A stretch of DNA of 58,696 nt, filler included, from Sandaracinaceae bacterium (lineage in GTDB: Bacteria > Myxococcota_A > Polyangia > Polyangiales > JADJQN01), in NCBI GenBank assembly GCA_947483975.1. It is 3 parts of 3 records of this genome, joined end to end, with 100 filler letters (N's around TTAATTAATTAA, not from the genome) between each part and the next. Parts side by side here need not be neighbours in the genome. Positions count along the whole stretch, not along the records: positions 1 to 19,975 come from CANKOL010000054.1; 2 more parts are not named here. One strand, given 5' to 3'. Positions within the stretch are counted from its first letter, which is position 1. Each line of letters starts with the position of its first letter. The notes under the pieces were generated by a model. The model was not told where the DNA came from. It saw nothing but the letters and a program-made list of their open reading frames with translations, and did no database searches. A program made the translations under genes and the position numbers. Of this stretch, positions 1 through 11,956 are shown piece by piece.

Positions 1-93
1 AGGCGCGCTGTCGTCGCCGCAGCCCGCAGCGGCGAGCGAGAGCGCGATGAGCACGAGCGAGCGGCGGGCACGGCGGAGCGTCGAGGGCAGCAC
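1..93 (-). CDS. N-terminus of a putative lipoprotein, running off the window start
   Basis: The minus strand from GTG at 93 reads [31 protein letters not shown]: basic n-region, hydrophobic stretch, AAGC lipobox. Not in the ORF track. Confidence 0.55.
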   Translation of the reverse strand, partial: MLPSTLRRARRSLVLIALSLAAAGCGDDSAP

Positions 94-161
94 GCGGCGA
101 CGTTATCACGACCTCACTGAATGGCGATTCACCGTTGACAGCGCAGCGCCACGCCCCGAGC

Positions 162-1799
162 ATGACGCGCAGTGCCATGACGCTCTCGCCCAACCAACGT
201 TATCCGCTCCTCCGCACGAGGCTCGACGCCAAGAGCGCGCAGTACGGAGTGAACCGCGCCGCCAACCTGCTCGCTCTCGAGAAGCTCGAGAAGGCGCTCG
301 CGAAGTCCCGCGAAGGAGGCGGCCCGAAGTACAACGACCGTCACCGCGCCGCGGGCAAGCTGCTCCCGCGCGAGCGCATCGAGCTGCTGCTCGACCGGGA
401 CGCGCCGTTCCTCGAGCTTTGTCCGCTCGCGGGGCACGACGTCCGGGATCAGACGACGGGCGCGGGCATCGTCGGCGGCATCGGCGTCGTCAGCGGCGTC
501 GAGTGCTCGATCCTCGCGAGCGAGGCGACGGTGAAGGGCGGCGCCATCACCGAGACGGGGATGTGGAAGTCGGGGCGCCTCGCCGAGGTCGCCGAGCAGA
601 ACGGGCTGCCGAGCATCTCGCTCATCGAGAGCGCGGGCGCGGACCTGCCCAACCAACACAAGATCTTCGTGCACGGCGGGCGCGGCTTCCGCGACCTCAC
701 GCGCAGGAGCAAAGAGCGCACGCCGACCATCTGCCTCGTCTTCGGCTCATCGACGGCGGGCGGCGCCTATCTGCCCGGCATGAGCGACTACGTCGTCATG
801 GTGAAGGAGCAGGCGCAGGTCTATTTGGCGGGCCCGCCGCTCGTGAAGATGGCGACGGGCGAGGAGTCCGAGCACGAGGAGCTCGGCGGCGCGGAGATGC
901 ACTCGCGCGTGTCGGGCGTCTCGGACTATCTCGCCGAGGACGAGCGCGACGCGGTGCGCCTCGGGCGCGAGATCGTCTCGCATCTGCGCTGGAGAAAGCA
1001 GGGCATCGTGCCGCCGCGCGACTTCGCGGAGCCGCTCTACGACGCCGACGAGCTGCTCGGCATCGCGAGCGCGGATCTCAAGGTGCCGTTCGACTCGCGC
1101 GAGGTCATCGCGCGCATCGTCGACGGCTCGCGCTTCAGCGAGTTCAAGCCGCTGTACGGCGCGTCGCTCATCTGCGGCTGGGCGCACGTGCACGGCTATC
1201 CCGTCGGCATCCTCGCGAACAACGGCATCCTGTTCAGCGAGAGCGCGAACAAGGGCGCGCAGTTCATCGAGCTCTGCAACCAGAGCGACATTCCGCTCCT
1301 CTATCTGCAGAACATCACCGGCTTCATGGTCGGCAAGAAGTACGAGCAAGAGGGCATCATAAAGAACGGCGCGAAGCTGATCAACGCCGTCTCGAACAGC
1401 ACCGTGCCCGCGATCACGATCATGACGGGCGCGAGCTTCGGCGCGGGCAACTACGCGATGTGCGGGCGCGCCTACGAGCCGCGCTTCTTGTTCACCTGGC
1501 CCAATCACCGTATCGGCGTGATGGGCGGCAAGCAACTCGCGGGCGTGCTCGACATCATCCAGCGGGGCGCGGCGCAGAAGCGCGGCGAGACCGTGGACGA
1601 GCAGCGCCTCAGCGTGATGAAGCAGATGGTCGAGGGGCAGATCGACCAAGAGTCGGACCCGTACTTCGCGACCGCGCGCCTCTGGGACGACGGCATCATC
1701 GACCCGCGCGACACGCGCAGCGTCGTCGCGATGTCGCTCTCTGCGGCGTGCACCAAGCCGGTCGAGGGCACCATGGCCTTCGGCGTGTTCCGTCATTGA
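162..1799 (+). CDS. Acyl-CoA carboxylase carboxyltransferase (beta) subunit, geranyl-/methylcrotonyl-CoA carboxylase family
   Basis: Motifs [60 protein letters not shown] and [11 protein letters not shown]. Start at ATG 162 or 177. Confidence 0.92.
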   Translation: MTRSAMTLSPNQRYPLLRTRLDAKSAQYGVNRAANLLALEKLEKALAKSREGGGPKYNDRHRAAGKLLPRERIELLLDRDAPFLELCPLAGHDVRDQTTGAGIVGGIGVVSGVECSILASEATVKGGAITETGMWKSGRLAEVAEQNGLPSISLIESAGADLPNQHKIFVHGGRGFRDLTRRSKERTPTICLVFGSSTAGGAYLPGMSDYVVMVKEQAQVYLAGPPLVKMATGEESEHEELGGAEMHSRVSGVSDYLAEDERDAVRLGREIVSHLRWRKQGIVPPRDFAEPLYDADELLGIASADLKVPFDSREVIARIVDGSRFSEFKPLYGASLICGWAHVHGYPVGILANNGILFSESANKGAQFIELCNQSDIPLLYLQNITGFMVGKKYEQEGIIKNGAKLINAVSNSTVPAITIMTGASFGAGNYAMCGRAYEPRFLFTWPNHRIGVMGGKQLAGVLDIIQRGAAQKRGETVDEQRLSVMKQMVEGQIDQESDPYFATARLWDDGIIDPRDTRSVVAMSLSAACTKPVEGTMAFGVFRH

Positions 1800-1821
1800 T
1801 CCGATAGGCAGAACAGACGCC

Positions 1822-3822
<2,001 letters not shown>

Positions 3823-3832
3823 GCACGAGCCC

Positions 3833-5152
3833 ATGACGACTGACCCCGTGAACGCTGTGAACGCCTCTCCGATCAAGCGCGTCGGCATCATCTTCTCCGG
3901 CGGCCCGGCGCCCGGCGCCAACGCCGTCATCTCGTCCATCGCGCTCTCGCTCGTCGACGCGGGCGTCGAGGTCTTCGGCTTCTCGAACGGCTACTCGCAC
4001 CTCGAGCGCTACGACCGCGAGAAGTATCCGCTCGTCGAGGGCGAGCACTACCGCGTGCTCACCGAGCGCGTCGTCGACAGCACCCGCAACGCGCGCGGCA
4101 TCCTCATCGGCACGGCGCGCGCGAACCCCGGCAAGCTCGTCAAGAAGCGCACGGATCTCGACGACGCGACCAAGACCGAGAAGCTGCGCGTCGTGCTCTC
4201 GGCGCTGACGGATCTCGGCGTCGACGCGCTCGTCTCCATCGGCGGCGACGACACGCTCAAAACGGCGAATTACCTCTACGAGCTGCAGAAGCTCCAGCCG
4301 ACAGGCGCCAAGCGCGTTCGCGTCGTGCACGTCCCGAAGACGATCGACAACGACTACAACGGCATCGACTTCACGTTCGGCTTCTTCACCGCGGTCGACG
4401 TGATGGCCAAGGAGATGCTCAATCTCCGCGCCGACGCCGCCGCGACGAAGGGCTACTTCATGATCGAGACGATGGGCCGCAAGGCCGGCTGGCTCGCGTA
4501 CGGCGCGGGCGTCGCCGGCGAGGCGAACCTGATCGTCGCGGTCGAGGACGCCGTCGGCGCGCTCTCGATGGACGAGGAGACGGTCGACGCGAGCGGGCAG
4601 AAGACGACGCGCAAGCGCCTCGATCTCGACGCGCTCGTCTCGCGCATCGTGGACCTCGTCGTCACGCGCGAGGAGCGCGACAAGAAGCATCACGGCACGG
4701 TCGTGCTCGCGGAGGGGCTCGGCGAGCTGCTCTCGGAGAGCGCGCTCGCGGGGCTGCCGCGCGACGAGCACGGGCATGTGCAGCTCGCGAACCTCGACTT
4801 CGGCAAGCTCGTCGCGGCGAAGGTCGGCAAGCTCTACGCGGAGCGCACGGGGCGCACGAAGAAGTTCACGGGCGTGCAGCTCGGCTACGAGGCGCGCTCG
4901 GCGGCGCCGACGGCGTTCGACGTGATGCTCGGCGCGCAGCTCGGGCTCGGCGCGGGGCGTGCGCTCCTCGAGCGCGGGCTCGACGGGCACATGGTCTCGG
5001 TGAGCGGGCAGTTCGACCTGCACTACGTGCCCTTCGCCGACCTCGTCGACCCGGTGACGCTCGTCACCGAGGTCCGCTACGTGAAGCCGGGGAGCGACTT
5101 TCAGAAGCTCGGGCGCGCGCTGGAGACCCGCGTTCCCGCGAGCCGCAAGTAG
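3833..5152 (+). CDS. 6-phosphofructokinase (PfkA family), probably pyrophosphate-dependent
   Basis: SGGPAPGANAVI, SIGGDDT, PKTIDND, ETMGRKAGWLA and QLGYEARS. ATG at 3833 just after the upstream stop. Confidence 0.9.
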   Translation: MTTDPVNAVNASPIKRVGIIFSGGPAPGANAVISSIALSLVDAGVEVFGFSNGYSHLERYDREKYPLVEGEHYRVLTERVVDSTRNARGILIGTARANPGKLVKKRTDLDDATKTEKLRVVLSALTDLGVDALVSIGGDDTLKTANYLYELQKLQPTGAKRVRVVHVPKTIDNDYNGIDFTFGFFTAVDVMAKEMLNLRADAAATKGYFMIETMGRKAGWLAYGAGVAGEANLIVAVEDAVGALSMDEETVDASGQKTTRKRLDLDALVSRIVDLVVTREERDKKHHGTVVLAEGLGELLSESALAGLPRDEHGHVQLANLDFGKLVAAKVGKLYAERTGRTKKFTGVQLGYEARSAAPTAFDVMLGAQLGLGAGRALLERGLDGHMVSVSGQFDLHYVPFADLVDPVTLVTEVRYVKPGSDFQKLGRALETRVPASRK

Positions 5153-5167
5153 GCGAGGGCGCGGCGC

Positions 5168-6226
5168 TCACTCGGGATAGGGAGTCCGCGGCGCGCGCGG
5201 GGGGCGCGGCGTCGCGGGCGTCGTCGGCGCAGTCTGCGTCGCCGGCGGTGCGCTGCGACCGAGTCCGCCCATGCCCATTCCATAGCCGGTGCCGCCTCCG
5301 GGCCCGGCGCCGTGGCCGATCGTGCCCAGGCTGCCGAGGCCGATCGAGCCCTCGCCGGTCCCGCCCCCGCCAAAGCCGCCGCCCGCGCCGACTCCGCTCA
5401 GCCCGAGCCCGCCGAAGCCGAAACTGTCGCCGATTTGGTCGCCGAAGAGCGAGTCGGTCGCGCTCCCTGCGTCGTCGATCGAGCCGAGGAGCCGCAAGAT
5501 GCCGCGCGTCATCGCGGCGGCGCGGGCGGCGCGTTCGTCGCTCGTGCCCCCCAACGTGGCGGCTTGTGCCGCCGCACGCTGCGCGACGAGCGCCTCGACC
5601 TGCCCGTCGAGCCGCGCGAAGAGCACGCGCTCGCTGCCGTCAGGGGACACGTGCGCGCGGGCCTCGTCGAGCTTGCGCTTGGCGTCGTCGAGGCGCTGCG
5701 CGTGCAAGTACAGCCGCGCGAGCGCGAGGCGCGGGGGCACCGCGTTCGCGTCGGCAGTTGCGGCGCGCTCATACGACGCTTGGGCCTCCACGAGCTTGCT
5801 CTGCGCCTCGCGTACGACGCCGATGTCGAAGGCGAGCCGCGCGGTCTGTCGAGGGTCGAGCGTGATCGCCTGCCCGAGGGACGCGGCGGCGCCGTCGGGC
5901 TTCTGCGCGGCGAGCTGCGCGCGGCCGAGCAGCTCGGAGTAATACGACGAGCGCGGCACGAGCGACGCCGCGCGCAGCGCGGGAGTCTCGGCGTCGGTGC
6001 CGCGGTGTTGCTCGAGTCGCACGCGCGCCAAGCGCGCGAAGGCCTCGTGCAGCGTCGGGTCGAGTCGAGCGGCGTCCGCGAAGTGGGTCGCCGCCTCGTC
6101 AGGTGAGCGCTGCGCGAGCTGCTTGCCACGCGCAAGCGCCTCGCGTGCTTTGCTCGCATCGCTCGTGCAGGCGGCGAGCAGGAGCAGCGAGGTGAGCACG
6201 GCGGAGACGGTCGCGCGGACGTTCAT
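5168..6226 (-). CDS. TPR-repeat lipoprotein with a C-terminal Gly-rich myxobacterial motif
   Basis: Lipobox in MNVRATVSAVLTSLLLLAAC, several TPR-like helices (e.g. AFARLARVRLEQ, LGRAQLAAQK), then GGLGLSGVG...GEGSIGLGSLGTIGHG and a Pro-rich tail. Confidence 0.7.
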   Translation of the reverse strand: MNVRATVSAVLTSLLLLAACTSDASKAREALARGKQLAQRSPDEAATHFADAARLDPTLHEAFARLARVRLEQHRGTDAETPALRAASLVPRSSYYSELLGRAQLAAQKPDGAAASLGQAITLDPRQTARLAFDIGVVREAQSKLVEAQASYERAATADANAVPPRLALARLYLHAQRLDDAKRKLDEARAHVSPDGSERVLFARLDGQVEALVAQRAAAQAATLGGTSDERAARAAAMTRGILRLLGSIDDAGSATDSLFGDQIGDSFGFGGLGLSGVGAGGGFGGGGTGEGSIGLGSLGTIGHGAGPGGGTGYGMGMGGLGRSAPPATQTAPTTPATPRPPRAPRTPYPE

Positions 6227-6266
6227 GCGGTCGACTCTACTACGCAGAGCCTCGCGGCTGCCTTCC

Positions 6267-6782
6267 TCAGCCGCGCACGGGGAGCCAACTCCCGATGACG
6301 CGGCAGCGCCCGCGCGCGGCGTCGACGCGCCACGCGACCTCGGGGCCAGGTCGCGCAGCCGTTCGATAGGCGTCGCCCCGGGCCGACAGCAGCGCCTCGG
6401 CGACGAGGTGCACGGAGTCGCCGCCGACGAGCCGATCTTCACGCGCGTGCAGCTCGTACCCGGCGTGTCCGGTCAGGCGCGGCAGCACCGGCTCGAAGAC
6501 CGACGGAATCGGCCGAGTCACCGGCTCCCCGTTGTCCGTCGGCGGCGCGAGCACGAACTCAGTGCCTGCGAGAGGCACCTCCACGAGCCCAATCGCCGTG
6601 TCGAGGACGAGCACCTCCCCGAGCGCGCCGCTCGCGAGGAGGTGCCCCCGACTCGAGGAGAAGCGCCACACGACGACGACCGCGGGCAGCCCGCTCCAGG
6701 GAGCCGGAAACGTCGGTGTCTCGACGACGCGCGCGCTCCCGTCGAAGCGCGCGTCGGGCGGTGTTTTCACAGGGTGCTCCAT
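6267..6782 (-). CDS. Hypothetical protein
   Basis: The ORF from ATG 6782 (MEHPVKTPP...) has protein-like composition and is co-oriented and closely spaced with its neighbours. Confidence 0.55.
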   Translation of the reverse strand: MEHPVKTPPDARFDGSARVVETPTFPAPWSGLPAVVVVWRFSSSRGHLLASGALGEVLVLDTAIGLVEVPLAGTEFVLAPPTDNGEPVTRPIPSVFEPVLPRLTGHAGYELHAREDRLVGGDSVHLVAEALLSARGDAYRTAARPGPEVAWRVDAARGRCRVIGSWLPVRG

Positions 6783-6805
6783 CGAGTGGTCTCCCGCTGA
6801 CCCTA

Positions 6806-7507
6806 TCAGGGGCGAAGCTGGCCGCGGCGTGCGTCGCTCACCGCGTGGTCGAGCGCTTGCCGACGGGCGAACTCGGCTGGCTCGCTCGCGCGGAGCGCCC
6901 GCGCGTACGTCACGCCGTCGCGAAACACCGCGTCGCTCGCCATTCGGCACTCGAACTCCGCACCCCGGTCGCGGCCGCTCGTCACCGCGCCGATGCCCGC
7001 GTCGGACGCGCTCCGGATGGTCCGCGCGAACTCCGCGACCCGCGCCGAGTTGTTCGTGTTCATGAGGAACGCCTCCGCGCGCCGGAGCCCCTCCGCGAAC
7101 GCTGGCTCGCGCTGCGCGCGATTCCGCACCTCAGGCGAGCCGGCTCGACCTTCGAAGTAGGCGAGCGCGCCCCGCAGGACGTTGTGGTCGTGCAGCACGC
7201 CCGCCTTCTCCCCGTCTTGAAGCGTGTGTACCCCCGACGCGACCTGCTCGTACATCGCCAGCGCGCTGCCGGCGGCCGCAGTGAGAAAACCGCCGCCCGC
7301 GGTGATCGCCGCTTCACCGACGGTGTCGAGCGAGAGCCCGACTCCACCCGTCGCGACGGCGCCGGTGGGGTCGTGGTGCGGCGCTTCGGGCGTGCGGTTG
7401 ACGGTGACGCCGGGTTGGAGCGCCATACCCGTCGCTTCGGACATCATGGCGTCGTAGTTGGGGACGGGAGTGCGGCAGGCATTGGACGTGGAGATGGGGT
7501 CGGACAT
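6806..7507 (-). CDS. Hypothetical protein
   Basis: 233-aa ORF with a GAGG RBS upstream of the ATG and normal composition. No family recognised. Confidence 0.65.
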   Translation of the reverse strand: MSDPISTSNACRTPVPNYDAMMSEATGMALQPGVTVNRTPEAPHHDPTGAVATGGVGLSLDTVGEAAITAGGGFLTAAAGSALAMYEQVASGVHTLQDGEKAGVLHDHNVLRGALAYFEGRAGSPEVRNRAQREPAFAEGLRRAEAFLMNTNNSARVAEFARTIRSASDAGIGAVTSGRDRGAEFECRMASDAVFRDGVTYARALRASEPAEFARRQALDHAVSDARRGQLRP

Positions 7508-7593
7508 GAGAACCTCACTTTCTGGGTGCGGTTATCCTGCCGAGCGTTCGTGAGTTGCGTGCGATGATGCCGCGGCCGAAAGAGGAGCCTCCA

Positions 7594-9252
<1,659 letters not shown>

Positions 9253-9261
9253 CGCCTCTCG

Positions 9262-9308
9262 TCTCCTCGCCCGGCGCGCCAGCGCGGGGAGAGGGCTGGG
9301 GAGAGGGC
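9262..9308. repeat. BoxC/REP-like palindromic element after pgi
   Basis: TCTCCTCGCCC...GGGGAGAGGGCTGGGGAGAGGGC resembles the CCCTCTCCC...GGGAGAGGG..GGGG.GAGGG intergenic repeat type. Single, imperfect copy. Confidence 0.4.
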
Positions 9309-9538
9309 CAGCGCAGCGCGACTCCCGCGCCCGACAGACCGCTGGAACCAGGCGCGCAGCTGAGCGACTCCCTGCGTGACCGCTCGAGGCAGGGGACGTG
9401 CTCGACACCCGTGGCGCATCCACTCGCGAGCCGCCCTGCAGCGGTGAATGAAAAGGATGCGCGGGTGTCGCTCGTCGAGCGCACGGGTGCTGCGCTCGTC
9501 CCCCGCCTCTCGCTGCTGTAGGCGAGGTCTTCTCATCG

Positions 9539-9826
9539 AACTTCAGCTTAGGCGCGGCGATTTCGAGGGTCTTCCGTCCAAGCTCAGCTTAGGCGGGACG
9601 ATTTCGAGGGTCTTCCGTCCAAGCTCAGCTTAGGCGGGACGATTCCCAGGGTCTTCTGTCCAAGCTCAGCTTAGGCGGGACGATTTCGAGGGTCTTCCGT
9701 CCAAGCTCAGCTTAGGCGGGACGATTCCCAGGGTCTTCCGTCCAAGCTCAGCTTAGGCGGGACGATTTCAAGGGTCTTCCGTCCAAGCTCAGCTTAGGCG
9801 GGGCGACCTTGCCGGCCTCGGTGTCC
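9539..9826. repeat. 41-bp tandem repeat array (6 copies plus 1 degenerate copy)
   Basis: Consensus unit AAGCTCAGCTTAGGCGGGACGATTTCGAGGGTCTTCCGTCC. Units start at 9539, 9580, 9621, 9662, 9703 and 9744, with a degenerate one at 9785. Confidence 0.95.
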
Positions 9827-10062
9827 AAGCGGAACTCGGGCGGGAGGCGAGTGAACTCACCGGTGTTTGCGGGTTCCGTCGCGTAGCGTCCATCGGCGCC
9901 TGAACCAGGGGCGCCGCGTCACGCGGGCTGCCCTCTTTGATGAAGTCGGACGTGTGGCCCTCGCTCGCATCATGGGAGCGGGCGGGCGCGTCTTGGAAGT
10001 TGTTGCTTTCCGCAAAAAAAAACTTGTACCAACGGAAAGTTCTAACGATCTGGAGGTTGGCG

Positions 10063-10521
10063 ATGAGCGACGATGAACGTGCTTCTTGGGAGCGGGGGCC
10101 GGTGAGGATTGGGGTGGGCTACGGCGTCCGCGGCGTGCGCGTTGCTCGGCTACGCGCGACCGCCGGCGATTTCACGTGGTCGAGCGTCATGCAGCACATC
10201 GACGACTGCGACGTTCTCGTCTTCGACATGACGCCGACCAAGAGAGTCGAAGGCACCGACGTGCTCGGCACCACGCCGAATGTGTGGCTCGAGCTCGGCT
10301 ACGCGCTGCACACGGGCAAGCCCGTCTACGTCGTGCACGAGAGCGAGAAGGGGCATCACGACCTGCCGAGCGACCTCAAGGGGCTCGTTGTCGGGCGAAT
10401 CGCGAACGAAGAGGGCAAGACCGATACATCGCTGCGGATGTCCCTCGTCAGCACGGTTCGCAAGCTGCTGCTCGCGTCGCTCAAGACTTCATTCCACACG
10501 AACAAAGAGGTTCAATCATGA
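10063..10521 (+). CDS. Nucleoside 2-deoxyribosyltransferase-like / TIR-like flavodoxin-fold protein
   Basis: HIDDCDVLVFDMT...PNVWLELGYALHTGKPVYVV...LPSDLKG. GGAGG RBS before ATG 10063. Confidence 0.65.
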   Translation: MSDDERASWERGPVRIGVGYGVRGVRVARLRATAGDFTWSSVMQHIDDCDVLVFDMTPTKRVEGTDVLGTTPNVWLELGYALHTGKPVYVVHESEKGHHDLPSDLKGLVVGRIANEEGKTDTSLRMSLVSTVRKLLLASLKTSFHTNKEVQS

Positions 10522-11186
10522 GCTCGCGTGCTCGACTGGTTCTCGGTGTCGTCGCTCTCGTGGTCGGCCTCATGTATCTCGTCTTTGCTCGGTTAACCTA
10601 CTCATTCCCGTTCAAGAATCCCTTGGAGGCGCGCCGTGAAGAAATGAATCGCCCCGCCCCTCCACTGCCGAGCAACGTTCAAGGCACGTGGTACTCCTGC
10701 GACGTCGAAGACTGCTCGAAAGTCAGGATTACACTTGGAGCTCGGACCGTAGTTATCGCTGGTTCCGGCGGCGGTAGACGGTGCCTCAGTGCGACGACTG
10801 GCATCGACGGGGTGGAGGCTGACGGGTCGATGACCACAATTGAACCATCGGAATTCACCGTTTCTGGCCCGATGACGCTGGTCAGAAGTGGTGATGCTCT
10901 TGACATCGCCGGGTCCTCTGAGTACGGCGGCCACTACACCAAGAGGAATTGCGTCGGAGGGTATCGAGCGCCAGCGGCGCCGGTCGCTGAGCCGGAAGCC
11001 GAGCCAACGCCAGCGGCAGCAGCTGCCCCAGAGGGCGATGGAGACTCGCACAACCGCAACCCTTGCTACAGAGGGTGTATGGCGAGTCAGAACGCGTGTG
11101 TGATGCGTTGTGGGCTTGCGCCTGAGGGATCCTGTTTGTCGGAGTGCGGCGCGAAGGGTCAAGAGTGTTTCGGCGCGTGCGGCTAG
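10518..11186 (+). CDS. Membrane-anchored hypothetical protein with a C-terminal Cys-rich domain
   Basis: ATGA overlap with the upstream gene, N-terminal TM (LVLGVVALVVGLMYLVF), Pro/Ala linker and an 8-Cys C-terminus. Confidence 0.7.
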   Translation: MSSRARLVLGVVALVVGLMYLVFARLTYSFPFKNPLEARREEMNRPAPPLPSNVQGTWYSCDVEDCSKVRITLGARTVVIAGSGGGRRCLSATTGIDGVEADGSMTTIEPSEFTVSGPMTLVRSGDALDIAGSSEYGGHYTKRNCVGGYRAPAAPVAEPEAEPTPAAAAAPEGDGDSHNRNPCYRGCMASQNACVMRCGLAPEGSCLSECGAKGQECFGACG

Positions 11187-11229
11187 CTGGCGCAGCGATT
11201 CCGCTTCGGTGGCGCTAACGCAGCGCGCG

Positions 11230-11709
11230 TCACTCGTCGCGCGGTTCGCCCTGCTCGAGCAGTAGAAGCGCGTCCTCCAAGCCGTGGGCCGCTGCGAGAT
11301 CCTTCGCGCGGCCCGCGGCGCGTTTGCTCGCGAGGATTCGCGCGAGGGGTAGTACCGGCACCTCGAGTCCGTCGAGTAGCTCGCGGCGCACGCCGCGGTA
11401 CTCGACGTCGAAGGATTCGAGTCCGCTCAGGTGAACGACCACGTCGAAGCGCTCGCTGAGCGCGTCACCGCCGATGCGCGGCGGGCCCATGCCGAACGAG
11501 CCTGAGATCCAGATGCCGCCCGCAGCGCGGACGGCCTCGGCGATTCGCGGATCGGAAGTGCTCTCGAACCAGAGGTCGATGTCCTCCGTCGAGCCGCGCG
11601 CGCCTTGTAAGAGCGCTGCGCTCATGCCGACGATGAGGTAGCGAACGCCGCGCGCCTCCAGCTCAACGAGGAGTCTGCGCTCGGCGCTTGTCAGGGTGGA
11701 GTCGTCCAT
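11230..11709 (-). CDS. Nucleotidyltransferase (Pol-beta superfamily, DUF6036/AbiEii-like)
   Basis: IVGMSAALLQG..STEDIDLW (G-x-S-A followed by DxD) and C-terminal LASKRAAGRAKD. Confidence 0.75.
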   Translation of the reverse strand: MDDSTLTSAERRLLVELEARGVRYLIVGMSAALLQGARGSTEDIDLWFESTSDPRIAEAVRAAGGIWISGSFGMGPPRIGGDALSERFDVVVHLSGLESFDVEYRGVRRELLDGLEVPVLPLARILASKRAAGRAKDLAAAHGLEDALLLLEQGEPRDE

Positions 11710-11875
11710 GTCTCAGCCCGAGCGCGAGGCGCTCTGTGGGAGTGCGCTGCAGCTGCCGCAGGGCGCGATAGAGGTCGTCTGCGTCGCGCCCGAGCTTGAC
11801 CGCGAGCTCCTGCGCGCGGCGCCGCAGCGCGTCGTCACGCTCGATCCACGCGCGCTCTTCGGCAGTGAAGGTCAC
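11663..11875 (-). CDS. Small protein upstream of and overlapping the nucleotidyltransferase, possible antitoxin-like partner
   Basis: About 70-aa helical ORF from GTG 11875 containing LRQLQRTPTERL. Overlaps the NTase start. Confidence 0.5.
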   Translation of the reverse strand: MTFTAEERAWIERDDALRRRAQELAVKLGRDADDLYRALRQLQRTPTERLALGLRHGRLHPDKRRAQTPR

Positions 11876-11956
11876 GCGGGGGAGTATGTCATGGCGGGCG
11901 CCGTCGGGGGCGCGGGCCGCTCCGCTTTCAATCACTGCAAGGGGCGGCGCTAGTCG

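Noticed and set aside
47..1807. Long Arg/Ala/Gly-rich alternative-frame and antisense ORFs here and throughout the window
   Set aside because: They are shadow ORFs expected in high-GC DNA and overlap well-supported genes.
9539..9826. CRISPR array
   Set aside because: The units are head-to-tail and nearly identical with no unique spacers, and no cas genes are in the window.
9539..10521. Retron (ncRNA plus NDT effector)
   Set aside because: No reverse transcriptase gene is visible nearby or elsewhere in the window.
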